Shown here piece after piece: positions 13,382 through 25,595 of a stretch of 64,000 bases of DNA (position 1 is the stretch's first letter; every line of letters starts with the position of its first letter). The notes beneath the pieces are model-generated. The model searched no databases, was not told where the DNA came from, and was given only the letters and a program-made list of their open reading frames with translations. The DNA comes from Paraspadella gotoi (lineage: Eukaryota > Animalia > Chaetognatha). Both the position numbers and the translations under genes were made by a program. Where the stretch lies: positions 19,598,625-19,662,624 of the forward strand of contig CM119268.1 of assembly GCA_051294375.1 (NCBI GenBank). The letters run 5' to 3'.

Positions 13382-14541
13382 TAGTGTTCCTTTAACCGTT
13401 AACCGTTAACTGTTAACGGTTATTAACGGTTAAAAATAATTTTAACTTATCCGTTAATATATTTATTTTAACGGTTAAATTCGGTTAATTTTCAAATGTG
13501 ATTTTTTTTCATTTTTTGGTATGAAATCTTTAAATTTAAAAAAAAAAAAAATATTTTTTTTCCTATCCTCTCTTATTCTTCTCTCCCCTTCTCACCATAT
13601 TTATACCCCTCTCTCTCTTCTTCACTTTTCCCTGCTTTTTCCTTTTTATTTTCTTCTTTTTTTTCTATCCTAATCTCTCTCTTATTCTTTCTTCCCCTTT
13701 ATTTATCTTCTCCTGTTTCTTTCTTTTTCTTTCTCACTTTTCCCCTTTTTCTTCCCCCTTTCTTTTCTCTCCTTTTTCTCCCTTTTTCTCCCTTCCATGC
13801 AATAATATATATTCAATTTAGTTAAAAATAAATAATCCTTCTTATTTTACTTTTTTTCCCTCTTTAAAATGAACAAAGAAGCAAATGAAATGAAACCGAA
13901 TGAATGAAAAAAATTAATAAAAAACCGAATAAAAAATTTTTATAAAAAAATTAAAAATTGATAATAGAAGAAACGAATCTTTAAAAAAGACATTAAGGCT
14001 AACTAAAAACTAAAAACTACTTTTAATTAACTGAAAAATATATTTATTAATCAATAAATATTTTGATCAATCATAATTCAACCAGTCTATCAAATTAAAA
14101 TTCATATTTATATTTATGGTCAATGACAATTGGCCATGGTTTATGAAAGACTAACTACAGCAAACAAGCGTTCAAGAAACTAACAACTACAAAAATAATG
14201 AGGAAGAGAAGTAGAGAAAGAAAAATATAAAGCAAAAGATAGAAGAGAAAACAAAATATACTAGAATTAGTATTTGATGGTATCCTTTCATTTCGTTGCA
14301 TTATGAGATTAGCAAAAATATTTGTTTTGTTACAACAACAATTTTATTTGACATAAAAAACAGACATGTTTCGACTGTTTCGAGTCTTCTTCAGCGCATT
14401 CAGGAGCCAGAGTTAAAGAGAAAATATTTTAAATTTAAAGTTAAATTATAAAATTAACCGATCTTAACGGTTAACCGTTAAAAATGTTAGTTTTAACGGT
14501 TAAGTGAATTTCCTAAAAAATTAACGGTTATCGGAACTCTA
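13382..14541. mobile_element. hAT-type MITE with 8-bp TSD
   Basis: TIR TAGTGTTCCtttAACCGTTAA / TTAACGGTTAtcGGAACTCTA; perfect TSD CTCTGGCT at 13374-13381 and 14542-14549; subterminal TTAACGG repeats. Confidence 0.88.
14358..14398 (-). ncRNA. Minimal type I hammerhead ribozyme inside the hAT MITE
   Basis: Minus strand reads gcg-CUGAAGA-a-GACU-cgaaac-AGUC-GAAA-CAU-GUC-ugu, followed by AATAAA. Confidence 0.7.
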
Positions 14542-14753
14542 CTCTGGCTGAGTCTCAGCTTGATGGCTGGAAAATTTGGGGGTCAAAACTACAGACTCGA
14601 CAATTACACTTGGCAGAATCAGGGAAACTCCAAAGTTTGGAAGGAACAATATTTGTTACGTTTCTGTTTTTTGTTTTAATTTTTCTTTTTGTATTTTCTT
14701 CTTTTTATTGTTTTTATGAGTTTAAAAAGATTCGGGAATTTGGAAAAGGTATT

Positions 14754-14863
14754 TGGAAGATTGATTAGGTATTGAATAGGTATTGGGAAGATTGATTAGG
14801 TATTGATTAGGTATTTGGAAGATTGATTAGGTACTGATTAGGTATTGGGAAGATTGATTAGGT
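14754..14863. repeat. Short tandem repeat of GATTAGGTATT / GGAAGATT units (duplicate at about 19853-19958)
   Basis: Direct inspection. Confidence 0.85.
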
Positions 14864-15455
14864 AACGCTAACTGCCGAAAGAAACACAGCCTATTAATTT
14901 AAAAGGCAAGAAAATGAATAACGAAAATAAAAATTTTCAAAGTAATGGCCAAGCTTGGTTTAAGTGTTCTTGCGAAATGACGGTTTGAATCAGAAGTTAA
15001 AAATTAAAAGGGATTTCTGGACAATACTTAATAAAATTAATCTGAAAGATAAAATTTGGTTGAATGAAACGTTAAAAAAATATTTTTTATTTAAAATAGC
15101 AATGAAGTGATTTTCTAAAATCACCAATGATTAAAATAACCAATAATATTCGATTTGAACCAGTACAATCCCTCTGTTTAACTGTCAATCCATTTCTCAC
15201 TATTTTTCTCTTTCTCTCGCTCGTTCGCCATTCTCTCCACATTGAAAAAGCGAGAAAAAGAATCAAAATAAATAAAAATCTAAGAAAAAAAGAAGAAAAA
15301 AAAACGGAATAAGTTATATTTTCATCACAAGACAAGGGTAGAAACGTTGCCTCATAAAAGCTGAAAAACACCATCAAAAGCGCGAGGATGCCATCAACAG
15401 TCGTCGGCCGCCAAATCCCGCACGTTTTTTTTCTTCCGCATAACGAGCGACCGTT

Positions 15456-16251
15456 ATGCTTAGAAAGCTCCTCCCCTTAGTCATCTTTCCTCGTCTCCTT
15501 CCTCTCTTCCTCATGCCTAGAAAGCCCTTCCCCTTTGTCATCCTTCCTTGTCATTTTCCTCTTTTTTCATGCCTAGAAAGCCCTTCTCCTTTGTCATCCT
15601 TCCTCGTCTTCTTCCTCTCTTCCTCATGCCTAGAAAGCCCTTCTCCTTTGTCATCCTTCCTCGTCTTCTTCCTCTCGCCTTCTTCCTCTCGCCTTCATCC
15701 CTAGAAAGCCCCTTCCCTTCGTCATCCTTCATTGTCTTCTTCCTCTCTTTGCCTAGAATTGTCGATTTCTTTTCCTCCTTTTCTTCTCTCCTCCAATTTC
15801 CTTTCCTCCCTTTCTTCTCTTTCATCCGAATTTTCCTTTCCTCCTTTTCTTCTTTCCTCCAATTTCTCTTTCCTCCCTTTCTTTCTCCTCCAATTTTATT
15901 TCCTCCCTTTCTTCTCTCCTCCAATTTCCTTTCCTCCCATTTCTTTTTCTCCTCCTCCAATTTCTTTCCTCCCTTTCTTCTCTTATCCGATTTTTTCTTC
16001 CTCCCTTTCTTCTCTCCTCCAATTTCCTTTCCTCCCTTTCTTCTCTCCTCCAATTTCCTTCCTCCCTTACTTCTCTTCTCCGATTTTCATTTCCTCCCTT
16101 TCTTCTCTCCTCCAATTTCCTTTCCTCACTTTCTTCTCCTCTCCGATTTTCCTTTCCTCCCTTTCTTCTTTTCTCCAATTTCCTTTCCTCTCTTTCTTTT
16201 CTCCTCCAATTTCATTTCCTCCCTTTCTTCTCTCATCCAATTTCCTTTCCT
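15456..16251. repeat. Polypyrimidine minisatellite (CCTAGAAAGCCC units, then about 30-bp TTCCTTTCCTCCCTTTCTTCTCTCCTCCAA units)
   Basis: Direct inspection; explains the F/P/S-rich and E/R/K-rich ORFs. Confidence 0.9.
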
Positions 16252-16452
16252 NNNNNNNNNNNNNNNNNNNNNNNNNGATACAAATTGAAAAGATAATAAA
16301 AGGAATAAAACACATCGGGATGACGAAAAAAAGAGGAGGAGGAGGACAGAGGAGGATGAGGAGGAGAAAAGAAAGTTGAGGAATGAGGAGTAACAGAAAA
16401 AAAAATTGAAATGAATGAGTGAGGAAATGAAAAAAAAAAGGAAGAAGAAGAA

Positions 16453-17520
16453 AACAAGTTGTTGAGCAAACAATGTCGGATCTCCCACGATAACTTGCAT
16501 TAATTAATCAAACTTGCATTAATTGAGTCAATTGGCATAATTGGTCAACTGACATAATTTGGTCAACTGACTTAATTTGTTAACTGACATAAGTTGGTTA
16601 ACTGACATAATTTGATCAACTGACATAATTTGAACGTCCAACTGACACAATTTGGTCAATAACCTAATTTTAACTGGCAATAATCAACTGGCATAATTGT
16701 ATGCATAATTTGGTCAACTGGCATAATTTGTGTCAACTTGCAGATTTTGTCACTGGCTTAATTTGGTCAACTGGCATAATTGGTCAACTTGCATATTTGT
16801 ATCAACTGCATATTTTTGTCATGGCATTTAATTTGGTCAATAACAATCAATCAATCAATCAAATCAATCATCAATCAATCAATCAATCAATCAATCATCA
16901 ATCAGAGTAGTGAGAGAGGAGAGAAACTTTAAACAATTCAATTCAATTCCTACCCACGCACATAATTCCATTTCAATTTATCTATCCAATTTTTAATAAC
17001 ATAATATATGAGTAAATTTAAGTAAAATACTTCAAGTAATATGAATTTTTTTCCCTTTTAACTCATTTCCACTCGCACAATCCATCGAAACTTTATATCA
17101 GCTTAATCACACACTTTCCTATCATCATACAAAATTTCAAGCCAATTGCACTATCCACTCATGAGCATTTAGCGTTCAAATAGTGAAATATATTTTTTTT
17201 GTTTTTTATATTAAACCAATTTTCACTCGCAAGATTCCATCGAAACTTCATATCCATCTCAATCACACAGTTTCCTACCCACACACAAAATTTCATACCA
17301 ATCCATCCATTAATCACGAGTAATTTGAGTTTTTTGCTAAGGGGAGACGGACAGACACGGACACGGACGGACGGACATCATTTTTTTTGCATAATTTATC
17401 ATAATTCGAGAGTTCTGATATGATAATAATGATTTAGCGACAATATTTTGGGGTGGACCGACGGACCACCAAGTGAATTATAGAGTCGGAATCTGCTGAT
17501 AAGCAGATCCGACTAAAAAA
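16453..17520 (-). mobile_element. HINE family A, duplicate of 11258-12355
   Basis: Same termini and satellites, with indel noise. Confidence 0.75.
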
Positions 17521-18234
17521 AATCTGAATTAAGCGTTCATTAAGTCGCGTTTCTTCTTATTTGATTCCATTTAAATATACGAAGCAAAAAAAATATCAAT
17601 ATGTTGTATCAATTAGTTTACTTTTTTTATTTATCAGAACATCTTCCATTGTTGTCTCTATTATTTTTTCCATCTCCTACAGCTACTTCCTCCTTTCTCT
17701 TCCTATTCCAAAAACGCGTGATTTTGACGAGGAACCCTTTTTTCTCTTTTCGATCTTCCTTCTTTAGCGGTAATTATATACAAACAGACAGATAGATAGA
17801 TAGAGAGAAAGATAAAAAAGTTAGACCAACATACCTAAAAGAGAAAAAAATAAAAAATAAAAAAATAAAAAAAATAAACATCCGTCAAAAGACGAAAAAA
17901 GAAAAAAAAATTCGCGCGATAAAAAAGAGAAGAGAAAAAAAACAACAAAAAACTCGAAAATAAATTTTCTCGGCTTTAAACTCGGTCGAGTGATTTCAAC
18001 GCCTCTCAGAGCCTCTCACCCATTCCCACGATCCTTTCCCAAACTTATTTGAAGTTTCTCTCGACGAGCGCAACTCACCCCAACCTCATCGCCGCCTCAC
18101 CTTACCCTCGAAATCCCTCGCTTCATCCACGAAAAAGGCGAATGAGCGTCGAAGCTTTGTGAAAAAAGGCGATGGGTTTCAAGTTAACAAGGACGACGAC
18201 GACGACTCTAAATTCTATCTTTTTTTTGCAATCA

Positions 18235-18314
<80 letters not shown>

Positions 18315-18513
18315 CTCTCTTTCTTAGATTTCAATGACGTATTCTCGATCGCTCGATCTTCGCGAGGAGGTCAGGTTGCTCTTTTTTTTTCTACTCGGCC
18401 GTTAGAGAAGAACCTCTGGTGGATGAGCGAGTGAGTTAAAAAGACTTCACGCGTGCGAAGAGCGAAGGTTTCTAAGCAGATATCAACATATGTGGTTGCA
18501 GTGCGCTCTGGCT

Positions 18514-19648
18514 TAGTGTTCCTTTAACCGTTAACTGTTAACGGTTATTAACGGTTAAAAATAATTTTAACTTATCCGTTAATATATTTATTTTAACGGT
18601 TAAATTCGTTAATTTTCAAATGTGATTTTTTTCATTTTTTGGTATGAAATCTTTAAATTTAAAAAAAAAAAAAACTATTTTTTTCCTATCCTCTCTTATT
18701 CTTCTCTCCCTTCTCACCATATTTATACCCCTCTCTCTCTTCTCACTTTTCCCTGCTTTTCCTTTTTATTTTCTTTCTTTTTTTCTATCCTAATCTCTCT
18801 TATTCTTTCTTCCCTTTATTATCTTCTCCTGTTCTTTCTTTTTCTTTCTCACTTTTACCCTTTTTCTTCCCCCTTCTTTTCTCTCCTTTTCTCCCTTTTC
18901 TCCCTTCCATGCAATAATATATATTCAATTTAGTTAAAATAAATAATCCTTCTTATTTACTTTTTTCCCCTTTAAAAATGAACAAAGAAGCAAATGAAAT
19001 GAAACCGAATGAATGAAAAAAATTAATAAAAACCGAATAAAAAATTTTTATAAAAAATTAAAAATTGATAATAGAAGAACGAATCTTAAAAAAGACATTA
19101 AGGCTAACTAAAAACTAAAAAACTACTTTTTAATTAACTGAAAAATATATTTATTAATCAATAAATATTTTTGATCAATCATAATTCAACCAGTCTATCA
19201 ATAAATTAAAATTCATATTTATATTTATGGTCAATGACAATTGGCCATGGTTTATGAAAGACTAACTACAGCAAACAAGCGTTCAAGAAACTAACAACTA
19301 CAAAAATAATGAGGAAGAGAAGTAGAGAAGAAAAATATAAAGCAAAGATAGAAGAGAAAACATATACTAGAATTAGTATTTGATGGTATCCTTTCATTTC
19401 GTTGCATTATAGAGATTAGCAAAAATATTTGTTTTGTTACAACAACAATTTTATTTGACATAAAAAACAGACATGTTTCGACTGTTTCGAGTCTTCTTCA
19501 GCGCATTCAGGAGCCAGAGTAAAGAGAAAATATTTTAAATTTAAAAGTTAAATTATAAAATTAACCGATCTTAACGGTTAACCGTTAAAAATGTTAGTTT
19601 TAACGGTTAAGTGAATTTCCTAAAAAATTAACGGTTATCGGAACTCTA
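18514..19648. mobile_element. hAT-type MITE, duplicate of 13382-14541
   Basis: Same TIRs; left TSD intact, right TSD degraded. Confidence 0.8.
19465..19505 (-). ncRNA. Minimal hammerhead ribozyme (duplicate of 14358-14398)
   Basis: Identical core: cagacatgtttcgactgtttcgagtcttcttcagcgc. Confidence 0.7.
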
Positions 19649-20540
19649 CTCGTGAGTCTCAGCTTGATGGCTGGAAAATTTGGGGGTCCAACTACAGACT
19701 CGACAATTACACTTGGCAGAATCAGGGAAACTCCAAAGTTTGGAAGGAACAATATTTGTTACGTTTCTGTTTGTTTTAATTTTTCTTTGTATTTTCTTCT
19801 TTTTATTGTTTTTTATGAGTTTAAAAAGATTCGGAATTTGGAAAAGGTATTTTGGAAGATTGATTAGGTATTGAATAGTATTGGAAGATTGATTAGGTAT
19901 TGATTAGGATTTGGAAAATTGATTAGGTACTGATTAGGTATGGGAAGATTGATTAGGTAACGCTAACTGCCGAAAGAACACAGCCTATTAATTTAAAAGG
20001 AAGAAATGAAATAACGAAAAAAAAATTTTCAAAGTAATGGCCAAGCTTGGTTTAAGTGTTCTTGCGAAATGACGGTTTGAATCAGAATTAAAAATTAAAA
20101 GGGATTTCTGGACAATACTTAATAAATTAATCTGAAAGATAAAATTTGGTTGAATGAAACGTTAAAAAAAATATTTTTATTTAAAATAGCAATGAAGTGA
20201 TTTCTAAATCACCAATGATTAAAATTACCAATAATATTCGATTTGAACCAGTACAATCCCTCTGTTTAACTGTCAATCCATTTCTCACTATTTTTCTCTT
20301 CTCTCGCTCGTTCGCCATTCTCTCCACATTGAAAAAGCGAGAGAAAGAATCAAAATAAATAAAAATCTAAGAAAAAAAGAAAAAAAAAACGGAATAAGTA
20401 TTATTTTCATCACAAGACAGGGGTAGAAACGTTGCCTCATAAAAGCTGAAAAACACCATCAAAAGCGCGGAGGATGCCATCAACAGTCGTCGGCCGCCAA
20501 ATCCCGCACGTTTTTTTCTTCCGCATAACGAGCGACCGTT

Positions 20541-21640
20541 ATGCTTAGAAAGCTCCTCCCTTAGTCATCTTCCTCGTCTCCTCCTCTCTTCCTCATGCCT
20601 AAAAGCCCTTCCCTTTGTCATCCTTCCTGTCATTTCTCTCTTTTTTCATGCCTAGAAAGCCCTTCTCTTTGTCATCCTTCCTCGTCTTCTTCCTCTCTTC
20701 CTCATGCTAGAAAGCCTTCTCCTTGTCATCCTTCCTCGTCTTCTTCCTCTCGCCTTCTTCCTCTCGCTTCATCCCTAGAAAGCCCCTTCCTTCGTCATCC
20801 TTCAATGTCTTCTCTCTCTTTGCCTAGAATTGTCGATTTCTTTTCCTCCTTTTCTTCTCTCCTCCAATTTCCTTTCCCTCCTTTCTTCTCTTCTCCGATT
20901 TTCCTTTCCTCCTTTCTTCTTTCCTCCAATTTCATTTCCTCCCTTTCTTTCTCCTCCAATTTTATTTCCTCCCTTTCTTCTCTCCTCCAATTTCCTTTCC
21001 TCCCATTCTTTTCTCCTCCAATTCCTTTCCTCCTCTTCTCTTATCCGATTTTTCTTCCTCCCTTCTTCTCTCCTCCAATTCCTTTCCTCCCTTTCTTCTC
21101 TCCTCCAATTTCCTTTCCTCCCTTACTTCTCTTCTCCGATTTTCATCCTCCCTTTCTTCTCTCCTCCAATTTCCTTTCCTCACTTTTCTCTCCTCTCCGA
21201 TTTCCTTTCTCCTTTCTCTTTTTCCAATTTCCTTTCCTCTCTTCTTCTCCTCCAATTTCATTTCCTCCCTTTCTTCTCTCATCCAATTCCTTTCCTCACT
21301 TTCTCTCTTCTCCGATTTCCTTTCCTCCCTTTCTCTCTCCTCCAATTTTCTTTCCTCCCTTTCTTCTCTTATCCGATTTTCTTTCCTCCCTTTCTTCTCT
21401 CCTCCAATTTCCTTTCCTCCCATCTCTTCTCTCCTCCAATTTTCTTTCCTCCCTTTCTTCTCTTCTCCGATTTTCATTTCCTCTCTTTCTTCTCTCCTTC
21501 TTTCCTTTCCTCACTTTCTTCTCTCCTCCGATTTTCCTTTCCTCCCTTTCTTCTCTTCTCCGATTTTCCTTTACTTTCTTTCTTATCCTCTCCGATTTCC
21601 CTTTTCTCCCTTTTTTCTCTTCCGATTTCTTTTCCTCCCC
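20541..21640. repeat. Polypyrimidine minisatellite (longer copy)
   Basis: Direct inspection. Confidence 0.9.
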
Positions 21641-21751
21641 ATTTTCTGTACTCGTTTTCTTTCCTACCCCTTGCCGCCATTTTACTTGTCTTTGTTCTTT
21701 CTTCTCTTCCTTTTCTCATTCTTCAATGTTTCAATCAGAAAAAAAATCTTT

Positions 21752-22706
21752 TTTTTAGTCGGATATGCTTATCAGCACATTCCAACTCTATAATTCACTT
21801 TGTCGGTCCATCTGTCCCACCCCAAAATCTTGTCGGTAAATTATTATTATCATATCAGAATATCGAATTTTGATAATTCATTAAAAAAATGATGTCCGTC
21901 CGTCCGTCCATCCATCCATCCGTCCGTCAGTCCCCCCCTTAACAAAAAACTCCAATTTCTCATAATTGGATGGTTGGATTGGCGTGACATTTTGTGAGTG
22001 TGTGTAGGAAATTGTGTGATTGAGCTGGATATAAAGTTTCGACGGAATCATGCGAGTGGAACTAAGTTTAAATGGAAAAAAATATAAGTCAGATTTACTT
22101 GAATATTTTCACTAATTTTAACCCAAAATTATGCATAATTAGATGGATTGAATGAGATGAAATTTTGTGTGTGGGTAGGAAAGTGTGTGATTGAGCAGAA
22201 TGTAAAGTTTCGATGGAATTGAAGAGTGAAAATGAGTTTGCATAAAAAAAACAAAGTCAGGTAAACTTAAAATTTAATTATTTATGCTTACTCATAAATG
22301 TTTTAATTAGTTAATTAATTAATTAATTAAATTTAAAAAATGATGCAAGTTGAAAAAATGGTGCAAGTTAAAAAAATGGTGCAAGTTAAATAATGGTGTA
22401 AGTTAAAAAATGGTGCAAGTTGAAAAAAATGATACAAGTTAAAAAAATGATGCCAGTTAAAAAAAATGTGAAAATTAAAAAAAATGATGCAAAATGAAAA
22501 AATGATGCAAGTGGAAAAATTGTACGAGTTAAAAATGGTGCAAGTTGAAAAAAAATGAAAGTTGAAAAAATAAAAGTAGGTATAGTACGATCTGTTATGA
22601 TAAGTTATGATCACAAAATGAAAGAATTGTCGTCATTTATTATATGATTAGCTGATTGCCGCTTAATTATCGTAGGCAGATCCGACATTGTTTGCTCAAA
22701 CTTATT
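21752..22706 (+). mobile_element. Full-length HINE family A copy with an (AAAAAATGATGCAAGTTG)-type minisatellite
   Basis: 5' TTTTTAGTCGGATATGCttatcaGCA.., (GTCC/ATCC)n, 3' GCAGATCCGACATTGTTTGCTCAAACTT. Confidence 0.8.
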
Positions 22707-23378
22707 TCCTCCCTTTTCGCTTTTGTCTCTTCAACCCATTCAACGCGTTATCATCACCATTATGATCATCATAATTATCATCATCATATCAGCTTCATCG
22801 TGATTACTGTATTATCATCATCCTAATCATTTTAATAAAGATTTTACAGTGAATATTTTTTTTCCCCCATTTTTTTATCTCTAAAAGTTCTTATTTTTTT
22901 CCTCATTTCTTCTCCTTCTTTATCACCATATTCTTTATTCCCCCTCCTCCTTCTCCTCCTCCTTCTTCTCCTCCTCATCTTCCTCCTCTTTCACCCCCTT
23001 TCCTTCTCTTTCCCTCAATTCCCTCGAGTTTCTCGTCAGTCATCCGGTTTTTTCAAAGAGATCGAGAGGAAGAAGAAGAATAAGAAAACAGAAAAAACTG
23101 AAAGAAAAGAAAAAAAGAAGAAGAAAAAGAGTAACAAATAAAAGAGAAGGACAAAAAGAGTAAAAAATAAAAGAGAAGGTAAAAAAATTGGAGAAAAGAA
23201 TAAAAAATGAAAGAGATAAAGGAAAGAAGGGGAAAAAAGTGAAAAATGTAGGAGAAAGAACAAAGTAGAAAAAGAGTAAAAAATGAAAGAGAAGGAAAAA
23301 AGAAGGAGAAAAAGAGTAAAAAGTAAAAGAGAAGAAGAAAAAAAGTAAAAAAGAAAGAGAAAGAGAAAAAGAGTAAAA

Positions 23379-24031
23379 AACAAGTGTGAGCAAACAATGT
23401 CGGATCTGCCCACGATCATTGATTGATTGAATAATTAATTGATTGATTAATTGAACGATTAATTAATTATTTATTAATTATTTGACTAATTGATTAATTA
23501 ACTTATTACTTATTTGATTAATTAATACATCTTGCATTTACATTTAATAAAAAAGAAAAAGAAGCATAATCAATTAGTGAAACAGGTTTTTTGTTTTTTT
23601 CCATTTAAACTCATTTCCAGCTTAATCACCCACTTTCCTACCCACATAAAAAATTTCAAGTCAATCGCCCAGTCCACTTATGAGTAATTGGCGTTCAAAT
23701 AGTGAAATAGTTTTTTTTGTTTTTCCATTTAAACTCATTTCCACTAGCACGATTCCATCGAACCATCAAATCCAGCTCAATCACACATTTCCCTACCCTC
23801 ATACAAAATTTCATTCCAATCCATCTATCCAATCAGGAGCAATTAGAGTTTTTTGCTAAGGTGTGACGGATGGACAGACAGATGGACGGACGGACAGACA
23901 GACAAACTTTTTTTTTTCATAATTTATCATAATTCGATGTTTTAACATGCCTGACAAGATTGAGGGGGCAGGCCGATGGACTGACAAAGTGATATTATAC
24001 TGATAAGGTGATAAGCAGATCCGTCTAAAAA
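23379..24031 (-). mobile_element. Short full-length HINE family A copy
   Basis: AACAAGTGTGAGCAAACAATGTCGGATCTGC ... GCAGATCCGTCTAAAAA. Confidence 0.78.
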
Positions 24032-24105
24032 ATAAATTGTTGTTGAATCTAATTCAAACTTCTCAATTTTAAACACAACGAAAGAAAGGATTTAACAAAA
24101 TATAA

Positions 24106-25532
24106 TTTTTAGTCGGATCTGCTTATAAGCAGATCCCAACTCTATAATTCACGTTTGCGGACCGTCGGTCCGCCCCCTCAATCTTGTCGGGCATTAACTT
24201 ATTTCTTGTCAGAAAATTCAATTATGATAAGTTATGCAAAAAAAGCAATGTCTGTCCGTCCATCCGTCCCACCTTAACAAAAAACACCAATTATTCGTGA
24301 TTGGATGGATGGATTGGAATGAAATTTTGTATGTGGTTAGGGAAGTGTGTGATTGAGCTGGATATGAAGTTTCGATGGAATTGACCGAGTGGAAATGAGT
24401 TTACATGGAAAAAAATATATATTTTCTTCTTTGAACACCAATTACTCATGAGTGAATTAAGCAATTGACCTGAAATTTTGTATGTGGGTAGGAAATCAAA
24501 TTTCGATAGAATCGTTTGTGTGGAAATGAGTTTAAATGGAAAAAAACAAAACACCTGTTTCACCAATTTATTATGCTTCTTTTTCTTTTTATTTTAAATG
24601 TAAATGCAGGATGTATTAATTTTTCAAATAATTAATTAGTTAATTAATCAATTAATTTTGAAAAATAAAGATAATCTTTTTAAGGCCAGTGATCACTCAA
24701 CCTAAAATTGTAGAAATCTTAATTTTCTGTATCTTAATCATATTCTCACATCTTGTAAGAGGTTTTATATTAAACAAGTTTGAGCAAACAATGTCGGATC
24801 TGCCTACAATAATTAATTAATTAATCGATTAATTAATTAATTTATTTTAATAATTAATTATAATTTATATTCAGCTTGTCATCATCGATGTCTGTTTGAT
24901 CTTGTACTGAATTAACCTAAATTGCTCGGCCAGGAATTCGAAAGTTAGAGGTTAAAAATGTATATTATTATCAAATAAAAAGGCACGAAATAAACGTATT
25001 AAAAACAAGGTAAAAACAAGTTAAAAGCAGATTAAAAACAGGTTAAAAACAAGTTAAAAAATTCGTGCGTCGCAAGTAAAAATAACAACTTGTAGAACGG
25101 ACGGCCAACCGTTTTCAAACCCAGTAGAGGTTATTTTTACTTGCGACGCACGAATTTTTTAACTTGTTTTTAACCTGTTTTTAATCTGCTTTTAACTTGT
25201 TTTTACCTTGTTTTTAATACGTTTATTTCGTGCCTTGTAGTACAAGATCAAATGTCTCTCTACAATACTACGACCAACGCGTTTCCTCAATGTGCGCGCG
25301 GAAACCGCGGTAAAAAAGGTAGAATTATCTTCTCCCAATTCTCGACGTGATTGGTCCAGGCCCGCCAATCCAGGACCGCAGGGAAGAAGCTTGCATTTTG
25401 CGATCCAAAACGCGAAGGGGAACCGCGCGGCCCAACACAGATACAATGTCCTTAAAATTGAGTCAGGACAGTTATTAAATGTTTTGTTTACATTTTATCA
25501 AAACAAACAAATATCCTCTATTTTATTTTGTG

Positions 25533-25595
<63 letters not shown>

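Larger units (their letters stand above)
11083..21297. repeat. About 5.2-kb direct duplication (11083-16251 and 16277-about 21297) across a 25-N gap
   Basis: Same order of HINE, hAT MITE, hammerhead and minisatellites; differences are mostly small indels. Confidence 0.92.

Noticed and set aside
14754-14863. TTAGG-containing repeats as interstitial telomere
   Set aside because: TTAGG is embedded in 11-20 bp units, not tandem (TTAGG)n
15456-21873. Long F/P/S-rich and E/R/K-rich ORFs
   Set aside because: Open in several frames on both strands because the minisatellite lacks stop codons
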